Assembly (NCBI GenBank): GCA_963787835.1
Contig: CAWBEI010000001.1
Span: 1 to 64,000, forward strand
Direction: 5' to 3'
DNA: 64,000 bases
DNA from: Ignavibacteriota bacterium
GTDB lineage: Bacteria; Bacteroidota; Ignavibacteria; Palsa-1295
The notes beneath the pieces were generated by a model. That model saw only the letters and a list, made by a program, of their open reading frames with translations. It did not search any database and was not told where the DNA came from. Below, piece after piece: positions 36,900-48,000 of this stretch. Position numbers and translations under genes: made by a program. How positions within the stretch are numbered: position 1 is the first letter of the stretch; every line of letters starts with the position of its first letter.

Positions 36900-37931
36900 G
36901 TGCGCCGCACAGGAATTAGCATTCTTCTATTCACATCGTTGGCCATGCCGCTTCGGGCGCAAACGGTCGAGGATTACGCCGGCGAGTTTCTCCAGCTTGG
37001 TGTGGGCGCCCGCTCACTAGCGCTGGGTGGAGCAGGTATCGCCATCAGCGAGGATGCCACAGCAGGATATTGGAATCCCGCTGGCCTTAATGCGCTGAAA
37101 TATCCGATGGTTACAGCGATGCACGAATCCCGTTTCGATGGAACGGTTCAATATGATTATGGAGCGTTCGCAATGCCGTTGAATTCGAATTCATCTGCCG
37201 CACTCTCGATACTTCATATCGGGGTTAATAATATATTGGATACACGCGATGCACTCGTAGATCTCAATAACGACGGCCAGCTTGATCCCGGGGATTACTT
37301 AGACTACAGCAAAGTGTCGAGCTTTTCTAATTATGATTGGGTCGCTATTCTGTCGTATGCGAAGACGGTAAATCCTCAACTCTCCTGGGGGGTGAATGCA
37401 AAGCTGGTCGATATTCGACTCGATCCGCAAACGACTGGCTCGGGCTTGGGCTTCGATTTCGGCGCGAGATATAAACCCACCGAGTCGCTAACGCTCGCAG
37501 CCGTTGCGGAGGATATTACTACTACACTGCTATCCTACACCACAGGAACGAAAGAACTCGTATCACCAACGGTGATACTGGGTGGAGCATACACCTGGAA
37601 TATTACTGCAAATGGGGATCACCGTCTGATGCCAACAGCGGATATTGATCTTCGGTTTGAAAATCGCGGTCAGGATGCGCAGTTATACGCTGGCCCCGCT
37701 TCCGCAGATTTTCATGAAGGGCTGGAGTATCAATATAAAGATCTTTTCGCGATACGCGGAGGATATAACGATATGCAAATGTGGAGTGTTGGCGTTGGCA
37801 TTACGATCTCGAAACTGCATATCGATTACGCATACGTTGGCGCAAATGCGCAGGATCAGCTTGGCTCGACGAACCGGATCAGCGTTTCTTTCCTGCTCGA
37901 CAATCCGAAGTGGAAGCGTAGCGGGGAATAA
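36900..37931 (+). CDS. PorV/PorQ-family (UPF0164) outer-membrane protein
   Basis: EFLQLGVGARSLALGGA...DATAGYWNPAGL; beta-barrel pattern. Confidence 0.85.
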   Translation: MRRTGISILLFTSLAMPLRAQTVEDYAGEFLQLGVGARSLALGGAGIAISEDATAGYWNPAGLNALKYPMVTAMHESRFDGTVQYDYGAFAMPLNSNSSAALSILHIGVNNILDTRDALVDLNNDGQLDPGDYLDYSKVSSFSNYDWVAILSYAKTVNPQLSWGVNAKLVDIRLDPQTTGSGLGFDFGARYKPTESLTLAAVAEDITTTLLSYTTGTKELVSPTVILGGAYTWNITANGDHRLMPTADIDLRFENRGQDAQLYAGPASADFHEGLEYQYKDLFAIRGGYNDMQMWSVGVGITISKLHIDYAYVGANAQDQLGSTNRISVSFLLDNPKWKRSGE

Positions 37932-37991
37932 CTCCGATCTTGTCTTCGCACCTATCCTTACTTCTTTTGCGTTTAGGGGATTGCTGAACGC

Positions 37992-39089
37992 ATGACCATT
38001 TTCCAACCCATTCATCAATTTTTGTCAGACCAGCTTGGCCCGGGCGTGTTATCAACGCTGCTCACGATGATTGCCTATGCCGCGATTCCGCTTATCTTTA
38101 TTCTGGCGTATGGGCTTGTCGCGATCTTAGGGGAGATGAAGATCTCGGCATGGGTGCAGGACCGGCTTGGCCCGATGCGGACAGGTCCCAAAGGAATGCT
38201 TCAGCCTATTGCAGATATTCTGAAGCTATTACAGAAAGAAGATACCACGCCTCACTCTGCAGATAAACCGCTCTACACGCTGGCACCGTATGTCGTCTTC
38301 ATTGGAAGCTATTCCATCTTTGCGGCGCTGCCGTTCTCAGCGGTCTATATCGGAGCACGACTAAATACCGGGATCTTTTATGTGCTAAGCATGGGGGCGC
38401 TAACGGTGGTCTCTATTTTGCTCGCAGGATGGGGGTCGAATAACAAGTATTCTATGATCGGGGCGATGCGTTCGGTTGCACAGATCATTTCATACGAAAT
38501 TCCCGTTGCGCTGGCCGTGCTGACCGTCGTGGTGATTGCCGGCTCAATGGACTTGCAGACCATCACAAACCTGCAAGGCGGGGGGATTCAAAATTGGTTT
38601 CTTTTCGGTGGCCCAAAACACATTCCTGGTTTTGGAGGGCAGCTGAATCTGGTGCTCATTCCGGTCATGCTCATTGCATTCGGAACGTATTTCGTCGGCA
38701 CACTTGCTGAGACGAACCGTGTGCCCTTCGATGCACCGGAAGCAGAGTCGGAACTTGTGGCAGGATATCACACGGAATATAGTGGAATGAAATTCGCACT
38801 GTTTTTCCTTGCGGAATATGCAAGCATGTTTGCAGTTGGGTCCATTGCTTCCGTGCTGTTCCTGGGAGGGTGGCAATCCCCATTTGGGAATGTTCTGAAC
38901 GGGGCAGGGATGGGGTTCGTCTGGTTCATCCTGAAAGGTCTCTCGTTCGTATTCGTGCAAATATGGATCCGTTGGACGCTGCCGCGCCTGCGCGTCGATC
39001 AGGTGATGCGCGTATGCTGGAAAGTGCTCATTCCGTTTGGCCTTACCGCCGTGGCGGCAGCGAGCGTGTTAGCGGTTGCTCTCAAATAA
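37992..39089 (+). CDS. nuoH: NADH-quinone oxidoreductase subunit H
   Basis: [45 protein letters not shown]. Confidence 0.97.
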   Translation: MTIFQPIHQFLSDQLGPGVLSTLLTMIAYAAIPLIFILAYGLVAILGEMKISAWVQDRLGPMRTGPKGMLQPIADILKLLQKEDTTPHSADKPLYTLAPYVVFIGSYSIFAALPFSAVYIGARLNTGIFYVLSMGALTVVSILLAGWGSNNKYSMIGAMRSVAQIISYEIPVALAVLTVVVIAGSMDLQTITNLQGGGIQNWFLFGGPKHIPGFGGQLNLVLIPVMLIAFGTYFVGTLAETNRVPFDAPEAESELVAGYHTEYSGMKFALFFLAEYASMFAVGSIASVLFLGGWQSPFGNVLNGAGMGFVWFILKGLSFVFVQIWIRWTLPRLRVDQVMRVCWKVLIPFGLTAVAAASVLAVALK

Positions 39090-39107
39090 GTTATCGACAA
39101 ACACTGC

Positions 39108-39323
39108 ATGCCAGACCGTTTCCGCAAACGCCAGATCATCTTTGCTTTTATATTCGTACTGGGATCATTCCTTGCACCCGTCGGCTGGTACGCAGAGTGG
39201 AAGCAGGTAGAGCCGATTAGCGATTACGCCACGATCATCATGATCGTTGGACATACCTTGCAAGTAATCGGCGCATTTGGCAGCCTGCTTACACCGGATT
39301 ATGTGGAGGAGGATGAAAGATAA
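39108..39323 (+). CDS. Small two-TM membrane protein
   Basis: Two hydrophobic segments; its 3' end recurs with synonymous changes at 39918-39974, supporting coding status. Confidence 0.7.
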   Translation: MPDRFRKRQIIFAFIFVLGSFLAPVGWYAEWKQVEPISDYATIIMIVGHTLQVIGAFGSLLTPDYVEEDER

Positions 39324-39574
39324 TCAGCTTTTCGTTCTGCCAAAAGCTTTGCAATGACAGCTTGGGACTCCTCAATAGAACGAAAGATCGCCCGCTTTTT
39401 TTGACTCCGCTCCATCAGCCTTCGATGGAATTCTTCGCGTTGTTTTCGACGGGTTTCGTCTGCTTTCTCACGCTCGACCCTGTCGCGCTCCATTTGCTCT
39501 ATCTTTTCAGCGAGATGTGCACTCATTTCTTCAAGCGACTTGCCATTGCCCTCGGTTTTTAGTTTTTCAGCCAT
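39299..39574 (-). CDS. Small charged coiled-coil protein
   Basis: E/R/K-rich helical ORF downstream of 39587..39829. Confidence 0.6.
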   Translation of the reverse strand: MAEKLKTEGNGKSLEEMSAHLAEKIEQMERDRVEREKADETRRKQREEFHRRLMERSQKKRAIFRSIEESQAVIAKLLAERKADYLSSSST

Positions 39575-39586
39575 TTCTTTTTATTG

Positions 39587-39829
39587 TCATGAAGCTGGCC
39601 CGAGCCGATCCTCCAGCTTATCAACCTTCAAATCCATTGCATCGATAAGAAGCAGGACATTGGTGTTCATGCGAACGATCTCCTCGATCATCATTTCGTT
39701 TTGGAGCATTCTCCTATCATTCTGATCGAGCCTGTGATTCAGTTTATCAATGTAGGAGTGAAGCACATCGAGATGCTGATCCAGCCGTTCTTCAAATTTT
39801 CCTACCCGCCGTTCTAATTCGTCTGCCAT
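39587..39829 (-). CDS. Small coiled-coil protein, paralogue of 25691..25999
   Basis: MADELERRVGKFE...RLDQNDRRMLQNE...LIDAMDLKVDKL. Confidence 0.75.
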   Translation of the reverse strand: MADELERRVGKFEERLDQHLDVLHSYIDKLNHRLDQNDRRMLQNEMMIEEIVRMNTNVLLLIDAMDLKVDKLEDRLGPAS

Positions 39830-39917
39830 AGAAATTTAAGCCATTCGTTCACCCTTTAGTTCATTACCACCGCGCCTACCCGCCGCAGCGGGACGGGTGG
39901 CGGTAAGTTTGGTGATG

Positions 39918-39974
39918 GGCGCATTCGGGAGTTTGCTTACTCCGGATTATGTGGAGGAGGATGATGACGCGTAG
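39918..39974 (+). pseudogene. Orphan 3'-end fragment homologous to gene 39108..39323
   Basis: GAFGSLLTPDYVEED encoded at both 39270 and 39918; five differences, all synonymous. Confidence 0.8.
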
Positions 39975-40186
39975 GAAGGTGGTTCCAGCCCGACCGAATG
40001 TTGAGCTTGTTCGAGTACCGCTAAAGCGATTTCACCCGGAACCGTCGGAAAAAACTCCAAAAATTCCGTAAGCGAATAATCGTCTTCCAGATAATCGAAA
40101 AGCGTCTTAACCGGCACACGAGTACCTGCAAAAACGCGGACACCGCCGAGAATGTCGGGGTCTGAAATGGTAAGAGGGTAGATCAT
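39947..40186 (-). CDS. DUF433 family putative antitoxin (orphan)
   Basis: DPDILGGVRVFAGTRVPVKTLFDYL...EFLEFFPTV. Confidence 0.88.
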   Translation of the reverse strand: MIYPLTISDPDILGGVRVFAGTRVPVKTLFDYLEDDYSLTEFLEFFPTVPGEIALAVLEQAQHSVGLEPPSYASSSSST

Positions 40187-40282
40187 AACAATAAAAGCGT
40201 GGTAACTACCTGTTTAGTTCACCATGTGCACCACCGCAACAGGCCGGGTGGCCGTATGTTTGGTTCTCGGGGGAATGGTAAG

Positions 40283-40531
40283 TTATCGGATGTTATCTAC
40301 ATGAACATCAATATCGGGCCCGGATGTCTTAATGGGAACTACTGCCTCTTGGGTTTTATATGGCCATCCGGGTGTAAAAGCGTTTACATCCACCTCCTTA
40401 ATTCTAACGTTCATCAAATCATCCGAGCTTGCATGTGCTCTTGGTATGATATCGTAGTCTTTTAGCAGGATGCCGCTCAAAACGACGGCGATGATGGTTA
40501 GGATGATCTTAGTGTATAGGTCTGGTTTCAT
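40283..40531 (-). CDS. Small membrane-anchored/secreted hypothetical protein
   Basis: MKPDLYTKIILTIIAVVL N-terminal helix. Confidence 0.7.
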   Translation of the reverse strand: MKPDLYTKIILTIIAVVLSGILLKDYDIIPRAHASSDDLMNVRIKEVDVNAFTPGWPYKTQEAVVPIKTSGPDIDVHVDNIR

Positions 40532-41100
40532 AGTGTGGTTTTCCTTCTTCCATGTGGCGATGGGTCAGAATCTATTACAATCCGAATTGGTAATAAGGTT
40601 CGTTTTTCTTGAGGTACGTCAAATGGTTCTGAGTCTGAATAATGGATGTCGCCTTTGTTATCCTGAACTGCGAGTCCAATAAGTTCGTCTCCCGGAAGAT
40701 CGGTCATAATCAATAAATCTGCTTCATTAGATTCGGGAGTTAATATTACGGAACGCATGTCTACTAGACTTGCCTCAATCCAGCCAGCTTTTTCATAAAG
40801 CGCTCGTGGATGAATGAAGCTTATTGTCGCTTTTCCGGTAAGGTACCGGAGATGGACGCTTAAGTGGCCCATGCTGGTATCTGCATAAGAAATTTTGGGA
40901 GTTAATTCTACGCGAGGATTTTCTTCTACTTTGAGACGCTCTTCGATTTTGACCTCATGAAGCCATTGGCGTAGCAACGTCAGAATTGCGACGACCAGCG
41001 ATCCAATCGAGATACGTAATGCCCAATCTGTTGCATCTGCAACAGCATGGGAAGGCCCATGAAAAATCGCAGATGAGTTATTTATTACCTTGTCAAGCAT
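40528..41100 (-). CDS. Hypothetical single-TM protein (start uncertain, likely 41100/41106)
   Basis: TM segment ISIGSLVVAILTLL; 4-nt overlap with the downstream gene; a longer start would overlap nuoI. Confidence 0.55.
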   Translation of the reverse strand: MLDKVINNSSAIFHGPSHAVADATDWALRISIGSLVVAILTLLRQWLHEVKIEERLKVEENPRVELTPKISYADTSMGHLSVHLRYLTGKATISFIHPRALYEKAGWIEASLVDMRSVILTPESNEADLLIMTDLPGDELIGLAVQDNKGDIHYSDSEPFDVPQEKRTLLPIRIVIDSDPSPHGRRKTTL

Positions 41101-41223
41101 AAACATTACACAAAAATACGCATAAATTCCTATCGGGTATGATGAAGTCATCTGTACGCTTTCATTGTAACACTTTCGAATCACATGGATTGCTCCACCC
41201 CTCTCGCGTGTTAGACATCCCAA

Positions 41224-41772
41224 GTGGGAAAATACTTCGCTGACATTCTGCGCGCAATCGGGACGGCCTTTCAGGGGCTGACCATCGTTATTCGCCATCT
41301 CGGGCGGAAAAAGGTTACGCGGCAATATCCGGAGCCAAAGAACGAGTACATTCTGCCTGAACGGGCGCGCAATCGGCTATATGTCAATATGGATGATTGC
41401 ATCGGCTGCGATAAATGCGCGCGCGCATGTCCGGTGGATTGCATTACGATCGACACGGTGAAGTCTGTTCCGGGTGAAGACCTCGGCGTAACGATGCGCT
41501 TTGATAAAAAGAAAGCGCTGTGGGTGACGAAATTCGACATTGACATGGCCAAATGCTGCTATTGCTCGCTTTGCGTTTGGCCCTGCCCGACGGAGTGTAT
41601 CGTGATGTCCGAAGTGTTTGAATTCTCCGAGCCCAAACGCGAGAATCTGATCTACCACTTTGCAACCATGGATGAAACGGAAGCGGCAGTGCACATCGAG
41701 AACAGAGCGAAGTATGAAGCCGAAGCGAATGTTCAGCGGGCAAAGCAGGCAGCGGAGAGGGCACAATCATGA
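41224..41772 (+). CDS. nuoI: NADH-quinone oxidoreductase subunit I
   Basis: VTRQYPE; CIGCDKCARACP and CCYCSLCVWPCP 4Fe-4S motifs. Confidence 0.95.
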   Translation: MGKYFADILRAIGTAFQGLTIVIRHLGRKKVTRQYPEPKNEYILPERARNRLYVNMDDCIGCDKCARACPVDCITIDTVKSVPGEDLGVTMRFDKKKALWVTKFDIDMAKCCYCSLCVWPCPTECIVMSEVFEFSEPKRENLIYHFATMDETEAAVHIENRAKYEAEANVQRAKQAAERAQS

Positions 41773-41782
41773 TTAATTTACT

Positions 41783-41930
41783 TGTCATCCTGAGCGGAGT
41801 TCTTCTCGACGCAGGAGAGAAGAACGGAGTCGAAGGATCTCGTGTAGTTTACCTCACTGCCAAACTACATGAGATCCTTCGACTCCGCAAAACTCCGCTT
41901 TCGCTCCGTTTTGCTACGCTCAGGATGACA
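41783..41930. repeat. 148-bp palindromic repeat element (GTCATCCTGAGCG type)
   Basis: Terminal IR TGTCATCCTGAGCG / CGCTCAGGATGACA; inner IR CGGAGTCGAAGGATCTC / GAGATCCTTCGACTCCG. Confidence 0.9.
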
Positions 41931-41940
41931 GCATAATTAA

Positions 41941-42549
41941 ATGTCACTATTCGATTGCTTCTTCTACCTCTTCGCTGCCGCTATAGTGGCTTCAGCAGGA
42001 TTGGTATGCTTTTCGCGGAATATCGTTCACGCGGCATTTGCGTTGCTCGTGACGTTCTTCGGTGTGGCGGGAATTTATGTGTTGCTGAGCGCGGATTTTC
42101 TTGCGATAAGTCAGATACTGATCTACGTTGGCGGAATTTTGGTGCTTTTGGTTTTTGGTGTCATGCTGACAAACCGAGTCACAAATATTGATCTTCGGTC
42201 GGCTCTTTCAGCAAGGATTCCCGCATTTATTATTTGCGGAGCATTGCTGGTCTTGCTCATTTCATTTCTCACGTCGGCACATTGGATCAAGTACGATGAA
42301 ATGCCCTGGAAGAAAAGTCCGTGGAATAAAAGCGCCATCGAGCAAACGACCGTTCCATTGCAAGGGGCACCGACCGAACTCATGAATCAAGAGGGAAGCC
42401 AGGGAACGTCTCAGGAAATTGGAACGCTGTTAATGAGCGATTATCTGCTGCCCTTTGAAGTTATTTCTCTTGTTCTGTTGGTGGCATTAATAGGAGCGGT
42501 CATGATGGTGCGGCGCGATCCCAAGGTTCCACGGGAGGGGGTCGTATGA
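41941..42549 (+). CDS. nuoJ: NADH-quinone oxidoreductase subunit J
   Basis: NIVHAA, ADFLAISQILIYVGGILVL, YLLPFEVISLVLL. Confidence 0.95.
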   Translation: MSLFDCFFYLFAAAIVASAGLVCFSRNIVHAAFALLVTFFGVAGIYVLLSADFLAISQILIYVGGILVLLVFGVMLTNRVTNIDLRSALSARIPAFIICGALLVLLISFLTSAHWIKYDEMPWKKSPWNKSAIEQTTVPLQGAPTELMNQEGSQGTSQEIGTLLMSDYLLPFEVISLVLLVALIGAVMMVRRDPKVPREGVV

Positions 42550-42863
42550 ACTTCTTTCCGGTCGGCTTGCCACATTTCCTGATCCTATCGGCAATACTGT
42601 TGGTATTGGGAATCTTCACGATGCTTACGCGCAGGAATGCGATCGCGGTGCTGATGGGGATCGAACTGATTTTGAATGCGGCGAACATTAACTTTGTAGC
42701 ATTCACGCGCTATGGCGCGATCAATCTTGGAGGGCAGGTGATAGCCTTGTTCGTGATTGTGATGGCTGCAAGCGAGGCGGCTGTCGCGCTGGCGATCGTA
42801 TTGAATTTATACAAGCGGCAGGGTTCCGTCAATGTTCGCGAGGCGAATAAACTGAGGGACTGA
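42546..42863 (+). CDS. nuoK: NADH-quinone oxidoreductase subunit K
   Basis: RRNAIAVLMGIELILNAANINF, AASEAAVALA. Confidence 0.96.
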   Translation: MNFFPVGLPHFLILSAILLVLGIFTMLTRRNAIAVLMGIELILNAANINFVAFTRYGAINLGGQVIALFVIVMAASEAAVALAIVLNLYKRQGSVNVREANKLRD

Positions 42864-42864
42864 T

Positions 42865-45027
42865 ATGGACCAACTGATAATGATCTCCCTCCTCGTGCTT
42901 GGGCTGCCGCTCCTGAGCTTTGTACTTGTGATCTTCAATCAGAAGCAATTGGGGCAGCATGCCTATCTTATTGCAACGCCGGCCATTGCGTTTTCAGCAA
43001 CGCTTGCCGGTTACGTCGCTTGGGAGCGATTGCACGCTTCATCCTCGCCTGCGATCCAATGGGGATTTGATTGGATAAATATTGGAACCGTTCCTGGCCT
43101 GGGGCCGCTCGTCATTCGCCAGACCGTGATGCTGGATAACATGACCGCGATCCTCATGGTCGTTGTCACGGGGATCAGTCTGCTGGTGCATGTTTTTTCT
43201 ATCGAGTATATGAAGCGCGATGTGCGCTTTGCCCGCTATTTTGCATTCCTCGGACTTTTCACCTTTGCAATGCTGGGCGTTATTCTGTCTGGAAATTTTC
43301 TTTTACTTTACATATTCTGGGAATTAGTTGGATTTTCAAGCTATGTTCTGATCGCGCATTGGTACGAGAAACCTGGTCCGCAGAATGCATCTCGAAAGGC
43401 ATTTATCACAAATCGGATTGGTGACGTACTTCTCTGGATCGGTATTTTGCTTCTTTTTAGTGAATTCCGAACCTTTGATTTGAAAGAAATTTTCGGTTAT
43501 ATCTATCAGGGTTTGCCGATCTCGTTCAGCTTGCTTGGGCTCTCGCCGGAAACGACGCTTACTATAACTGGCTTGCTTATTTTTGGTGGGGCTGTCGCGA
43601 AAAGCGCGCAATTCCCTCTGCATGTTTGGCTTCCCGATGCTATGGAAGGCCCAACGCCGGTTTCCGCACTCATTCATGCGGCGACAATGGTTGCGGCGGG
43701 CGTGTATCTAATGGCTCGTGTATTTCCGCTCCTGACGAGCGATGCGATGCTTATTGTTGCATGCACCGGTGCATTTACCAGCTTCATGGCAGCGACGATT
43801 GCAATCACGCAGCGGGATATTAAAAAGGTGCTTGCGTATTCCACGATCTCTCAGCTTGGGCTGATGATGATGTCGATCGGTTCAGGCGCTGTGGCAGCCG
43901 GAGTATTTCATCTTGTTACACATGCGGCATTCAAGGGTTTACTATTTATGGGGGCAGGATCTGTAATTTATGCGATTCACCGGGCGATGGATGAAGTGGG
44001 CGACCACGAAACCGATGCGCAAGATATTCATACTATGGGTGGCCTCTTGCGTAAAATGCCTTTAACCGGCTGGACCTATCTTATTGCCACACTTGCAATT
44101 ACGGGATTGCCGCTCACGGCGGGTTTTATGTCGAAGGATGAGATACTGAAAGGGGCGATGGCGTACGGGCAATTACAAATGGGGATAGCCTCAGCAATAC
44201 CGTGGGTAGGATTCGGTGTTACTCTTATGACAGCGCTCTACATGTGGCGTCAGGTTTTTCTTGTCTTTTTCGGAAGGCCTGCCCGGGCAACACTACATGA
44301 AAAGGTGAGGGAATCATCGTTGGTAATGACTATTCCACTTATCCTGCTTGCGGTATGCACACTTTGGTTTTGGTATGGCAAGAACCCATTTGATCCAGAA
44401 ACGGGGCGGTTCCTCAGTAAGTGGATCGTCACGCCGGCGCAGGTTATTCCTCCGCAGACTGCGCCAGCGTTCGTGCCGGCAAACTATGCTCCAGACATGG
44501 AATCTGCAACGGTAATGCCAATGCCTCATCAGATCGCTTTAGATCAAGGACGAGCGGTCAATGCCTGGTTTGCAGAGATCGCTGCACTCCTATCGGCGGG
44601 TTTCGGTTTTGTGCTTGCACTCGGTTTTTATGTCTTGCGGCCAGCGTGGGCAGGCGGGTTGCGGAAGAATGCATCATCACTTTACCGGTTCAGCCAGAAC
44701 GGATGGTATCTCGATCCTCTTTACAACTATGTTATCGTCGATACCGTCACATTCTGCTCGAAATTATTGGCGTGGTTCGATCGTCAGATAGTCGATGGCG
44801 CTGTGAATTTAGCGGGACGTTTGACTGTTATTCTCGCACGAATTACCGGAGCCTTTGACAAATTTGTGGTCGATGGTCTGGTGACATTCGTTGGTGCCAC
44901 CGTACAATTTTTTGGGCTGATGGCGAGGTCGGTGCAGACGGGCCGCATACAAACCTACCTGACGTGGGTTGTTGCTGCGGTTGTAGTAATGTTAGTTATC
45001 CTTCGCTTCTCGCTGTTCCATTTCTGA
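42865..45027 (+). CDS. nuoL: NADH-quinone oxidoreductase subunit L
   Basis: KSAQFPLHVWLPDAMEGPTPVSALIHAATMVAAG, DIKKVLAYST. Confidence 0.97.
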   Translation: MDQLIMISLLVLGLPLLSFVLVIFNQKQLGQHAYLIATPAIAFSATLAGYVAWERLHASSSPAIQWGFDWINIGTVPGLGPLVIRQTVMLDNMTAILMVVVTGISLLVHVFSIEYMKRDVRFARYFAFLGLFTFAMLGVILSGNFLLLYIFWELVGFSSYVLIAHWYEKPGPQNASRKAFITNRIGDVLLWIGILLLFSEFRTFDLKEIFGYIYQGLPISFSLLGLSPETTLTITGLLIFGGAVAKSAQFPLHVWLPDAMEGPTPVSALIHAATMVAAGVYLMARVFPLLTSDAMLIVACTGAFTSFMAATIAITQRDIKKVLAYSTISQLGLMMMSIGSGAVAAGVFHLVTHAAFKGLLFMGAGSVIYAIHRAMDEVGDHETDAQDIHTMGGLLRKMPLTGWTYLIATLAITGLPLTAGFMSKDEILKGAMAYGQLQMGIASAIPWVGFGVTLMTALYMWRQVFLVFFGRPARATLHEKVRESSLVMTIPLILLAVCTLWFWYGKNPFDPETGRFLSKWIVTPAQVIPPQTAPAFVPANYAPDMESATVMPMPHQIALDQGRAVNAWFAEIAALLSAGFGFVLALGFYVLRPAWAGGLRKNASSLYRFSQNGWYLDPLYNYVIVDTVTFCSKLLAWFDRQIVDGAVNLAGRLTVILARITGAFDKFVVDGLVTFVGATVQFFGLMARSVQTGRIQTYLTWVVAAVVVMLVILRFSLFHF

Positions 45028-45070
45028 ACGAAATTTCATTCCTGAAAATATATCCCCATAAGCGATCAAA

Positions 45071-48000
45071 ATGAAACGAATACTGATTCTGATTCTTCTT
45101 CTCCTTTCGTGCGAACAATTGTCCGTTACATCTCGCGCAGACAATAGAAACAAAGGCCTTCGGCCACCATCGACGGTCAAGATCACTCCATGCGCTCCGG
45201 GCGTTGTCTATGTAAAAATGAAGGCTGGCAGTCCGATCGGTCGGACCATTGGCTCAAACGGGAATGTAACACTCTCAATTGGCCCATCGAGCGCCTTTGC
45301 TAAAGTTGCGAGCACACTTGGTATTCGCCTGACGGTCGCGGTCGATGCCCATGCCGCAAAAGATTCCATAAGCCGCGTGTTCGGGATTGACCGGATGTAT
45401 TCAGTCTACTATTCAAATACCAAGATCGACCCTCATACTGCATTGGCTATGTTGATGACGACCGGTGAAGTTGAGTGTGGAAGCGTTCGGTATCTTTTCC
45501 CCGTTTCGAAGACCACGAACGATCCTCTCTTGTCGGATGAATATGCACTTACGAACATGAACGTGTTCGACGCATGGGACTCGACGTTCGGCGATACCTC
45601 TATTGTTATTGCCGATGTAGATTGCGCGATCAATATAGACCATCAGGACCTTACGGGTGAGATCAAATATAACTGGGGCGAGATCGGAACGGATAAGAAT
45701 GGTCACAATAAGGAGACCAATGGAATTGATGACGATAGCGATGGATATATCGATAATTGGGAAGGTTGGGATTTTTGTGGCGATGTCGATGTCGAGTCAG
45801 GTGCTGCTCTCCAACCGAATAATAACCCTCGCCCGCGTGAAGATGGATCGAGCCACGGGACGCACACTGCTGGCTGTATTCTGGCGACTGGAAATAACCA
45901 TGTTGGAATTGCCGGTGTAGCCTTTGGTTGCAGATTAATCCCTATCAAAGCGGCAGGATCGGATTATGATAATATTTCCGCCGGTTATGAAGGAATTCAT
46001 TACGCGGCCACGCATGGCGCTAAGATCGTTAATTGCTCATGGGGAGGATTTGTCAGCGCTGCCGATACCGCTTATGAAAATGCTTTTTTGAATGAGGCCA
46101 TAGCGCGGAATATGCTCGTTGTCGCTGCTGCCGGTAATAATTCCACGACGAATGATGGAACTCTGGAGTATCCGGCGGACGGCCCCGGTGTTCTAAGTGT
46201 TGGAGCGAGCGATCAGAATGACCAACCGGCCGATTTTTCCGATTTCGGAACGTCCGTCAGCGTATGGGCTCCTGGTGTGAATATTGAAAGCTGTGATTAC
46301 CCAGGTAATTCGGCATATAGCGCTGAGGATGGAACCAGCTTTGCATCGCCGCTCACCGCAGGCGCTGCCGGATTGTTGTGGTCGTTACATCCGGATTGGC
46401 TCCCGAAGTTTATTGCGGCGCAGCTTATTGCAACATGCGATGACGTTGTTGACCCCAGCGATCAGCCAGATTACTGGGGACGCATTAATGTTGGCAACGC
46501 GTTAACAACAGCTCCATCTGAGCCAGGCCTTGTTATCTCCGGGTATGCACTCGATGGTGTTGCTTCCGATTCGCTTGGGGTGAACCACACCTACGATCTG
46601 AAGGTAACCTTTACCAATGTATTAGGCGCGGGTAGTAATCTTACTGCCACGCCGATCGTAAGCTTAGGAGCTGCTCTTTCGACGAGTGCAGTTTCTTTAG
46701 GTTCCATGCAGGAATCGGCCTCGGCAAACGGAGATTTCCAGATCACGCGCACTGGAGTGTATAGTCAGGGCAACTTACCAGTTAGATTCGCGGTGACCGA
46801 TGGCAATTTGTATTCCGATACACTGACGCTTTATCTTCCCTTGACCGTTCAGCCTGGATTTATTTTCGAGCAAGGTGGAGTATATGGGACGAGCATTTGC
46901 CGTGTTTCTAATACTTGCGCATGGGCCGCATTCGGGGAAGCATCCACGGACCCAAATACTGGAACTGCGGTTGTAAATAATGCACAATTTGCTCTGGAGA
47001 CAGGCGGTGTTTGGGGCGATACGGTAACTCTTGCGGATGGATCGAATCCTCCTTATGATGTAACTGCGCTTGATTCGAATACTGCCTATTTCGGAAGTGG
47101 ACCGGCAACAAGTGGCGCGACCACCGGCGGTACAGCCTCCGTGATCCATACGGCCAATGGCGGCAAGACGTTTGACACTGTGAGTGTTGCATCGTTTGCG
47201 GCGTTTGTAAACACGATCCACTTTTTCGATCCGCTGAATGGAATTTTGATCGGTGACCCAGTATCGAGCAAATGGGGAATAGGCACTACCTCCGATGGTG
47301 GCAAGACCTGGCACACATTGTCGAAGACCGTGGTCGCCTCCGGAAGCATCGCAAGCTGGAACAACGCAACGTCATGGGTTGGAGATAATGGCTGGTTTGG
47401 AACGAATAGCCGGCAGATCCTTCGAACAACGAATCGTGGTCAATCCTGGGCAGCTATTAAGACCGGCACGAACCAAAATTCCCTTAGTGTGTCATTTGCT
47501 GTTGATGCTACACATGGTTTAGCCTGTTATCAACCTGTTTCCGGTAATGGGAATAATGCCATGACGATCTCCAGCGATAGTGGCGCGTCATGGCAGCAAC
47601 TCACAACGCTGCCTGTGGCGAATATGATGCCTGCTTCCGTCCAATTCATTCCGAATTCCACCATTGCGATTCTCACCTCAAATGTAGGTGTGTATCGCAC
47701 TACGGATTATGGCACAACCTGGACTCCCATCGGGATTCCTGTTTCCTTTCTGGCTGACGGAGCCGACCTTAGTATCTCGCGCGGAAATGGGGAATTTGTA
47801 GTAAGTGTGAACTCCCCGAATAACGGCATTGCCTCGTACCACGAAGCTATGGCGGATACTATTCTGCAAGCAGTTACACCGGAAGTGAATGCGCCAGTGT
47901 CGGTGGAAGTATATCCAAATCCTGTTCATGGCAGTGCAATGGTTGCACTTAACTTACCTGCAAGCGGGTACACTCGAATGGTGCTTTATGATGCATTAGG

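Noticed and set aside
39089-41224. Integron cassette array
   Set aside because: No intI and no convincing attC core sites, although other repeats are present (reported as findings).
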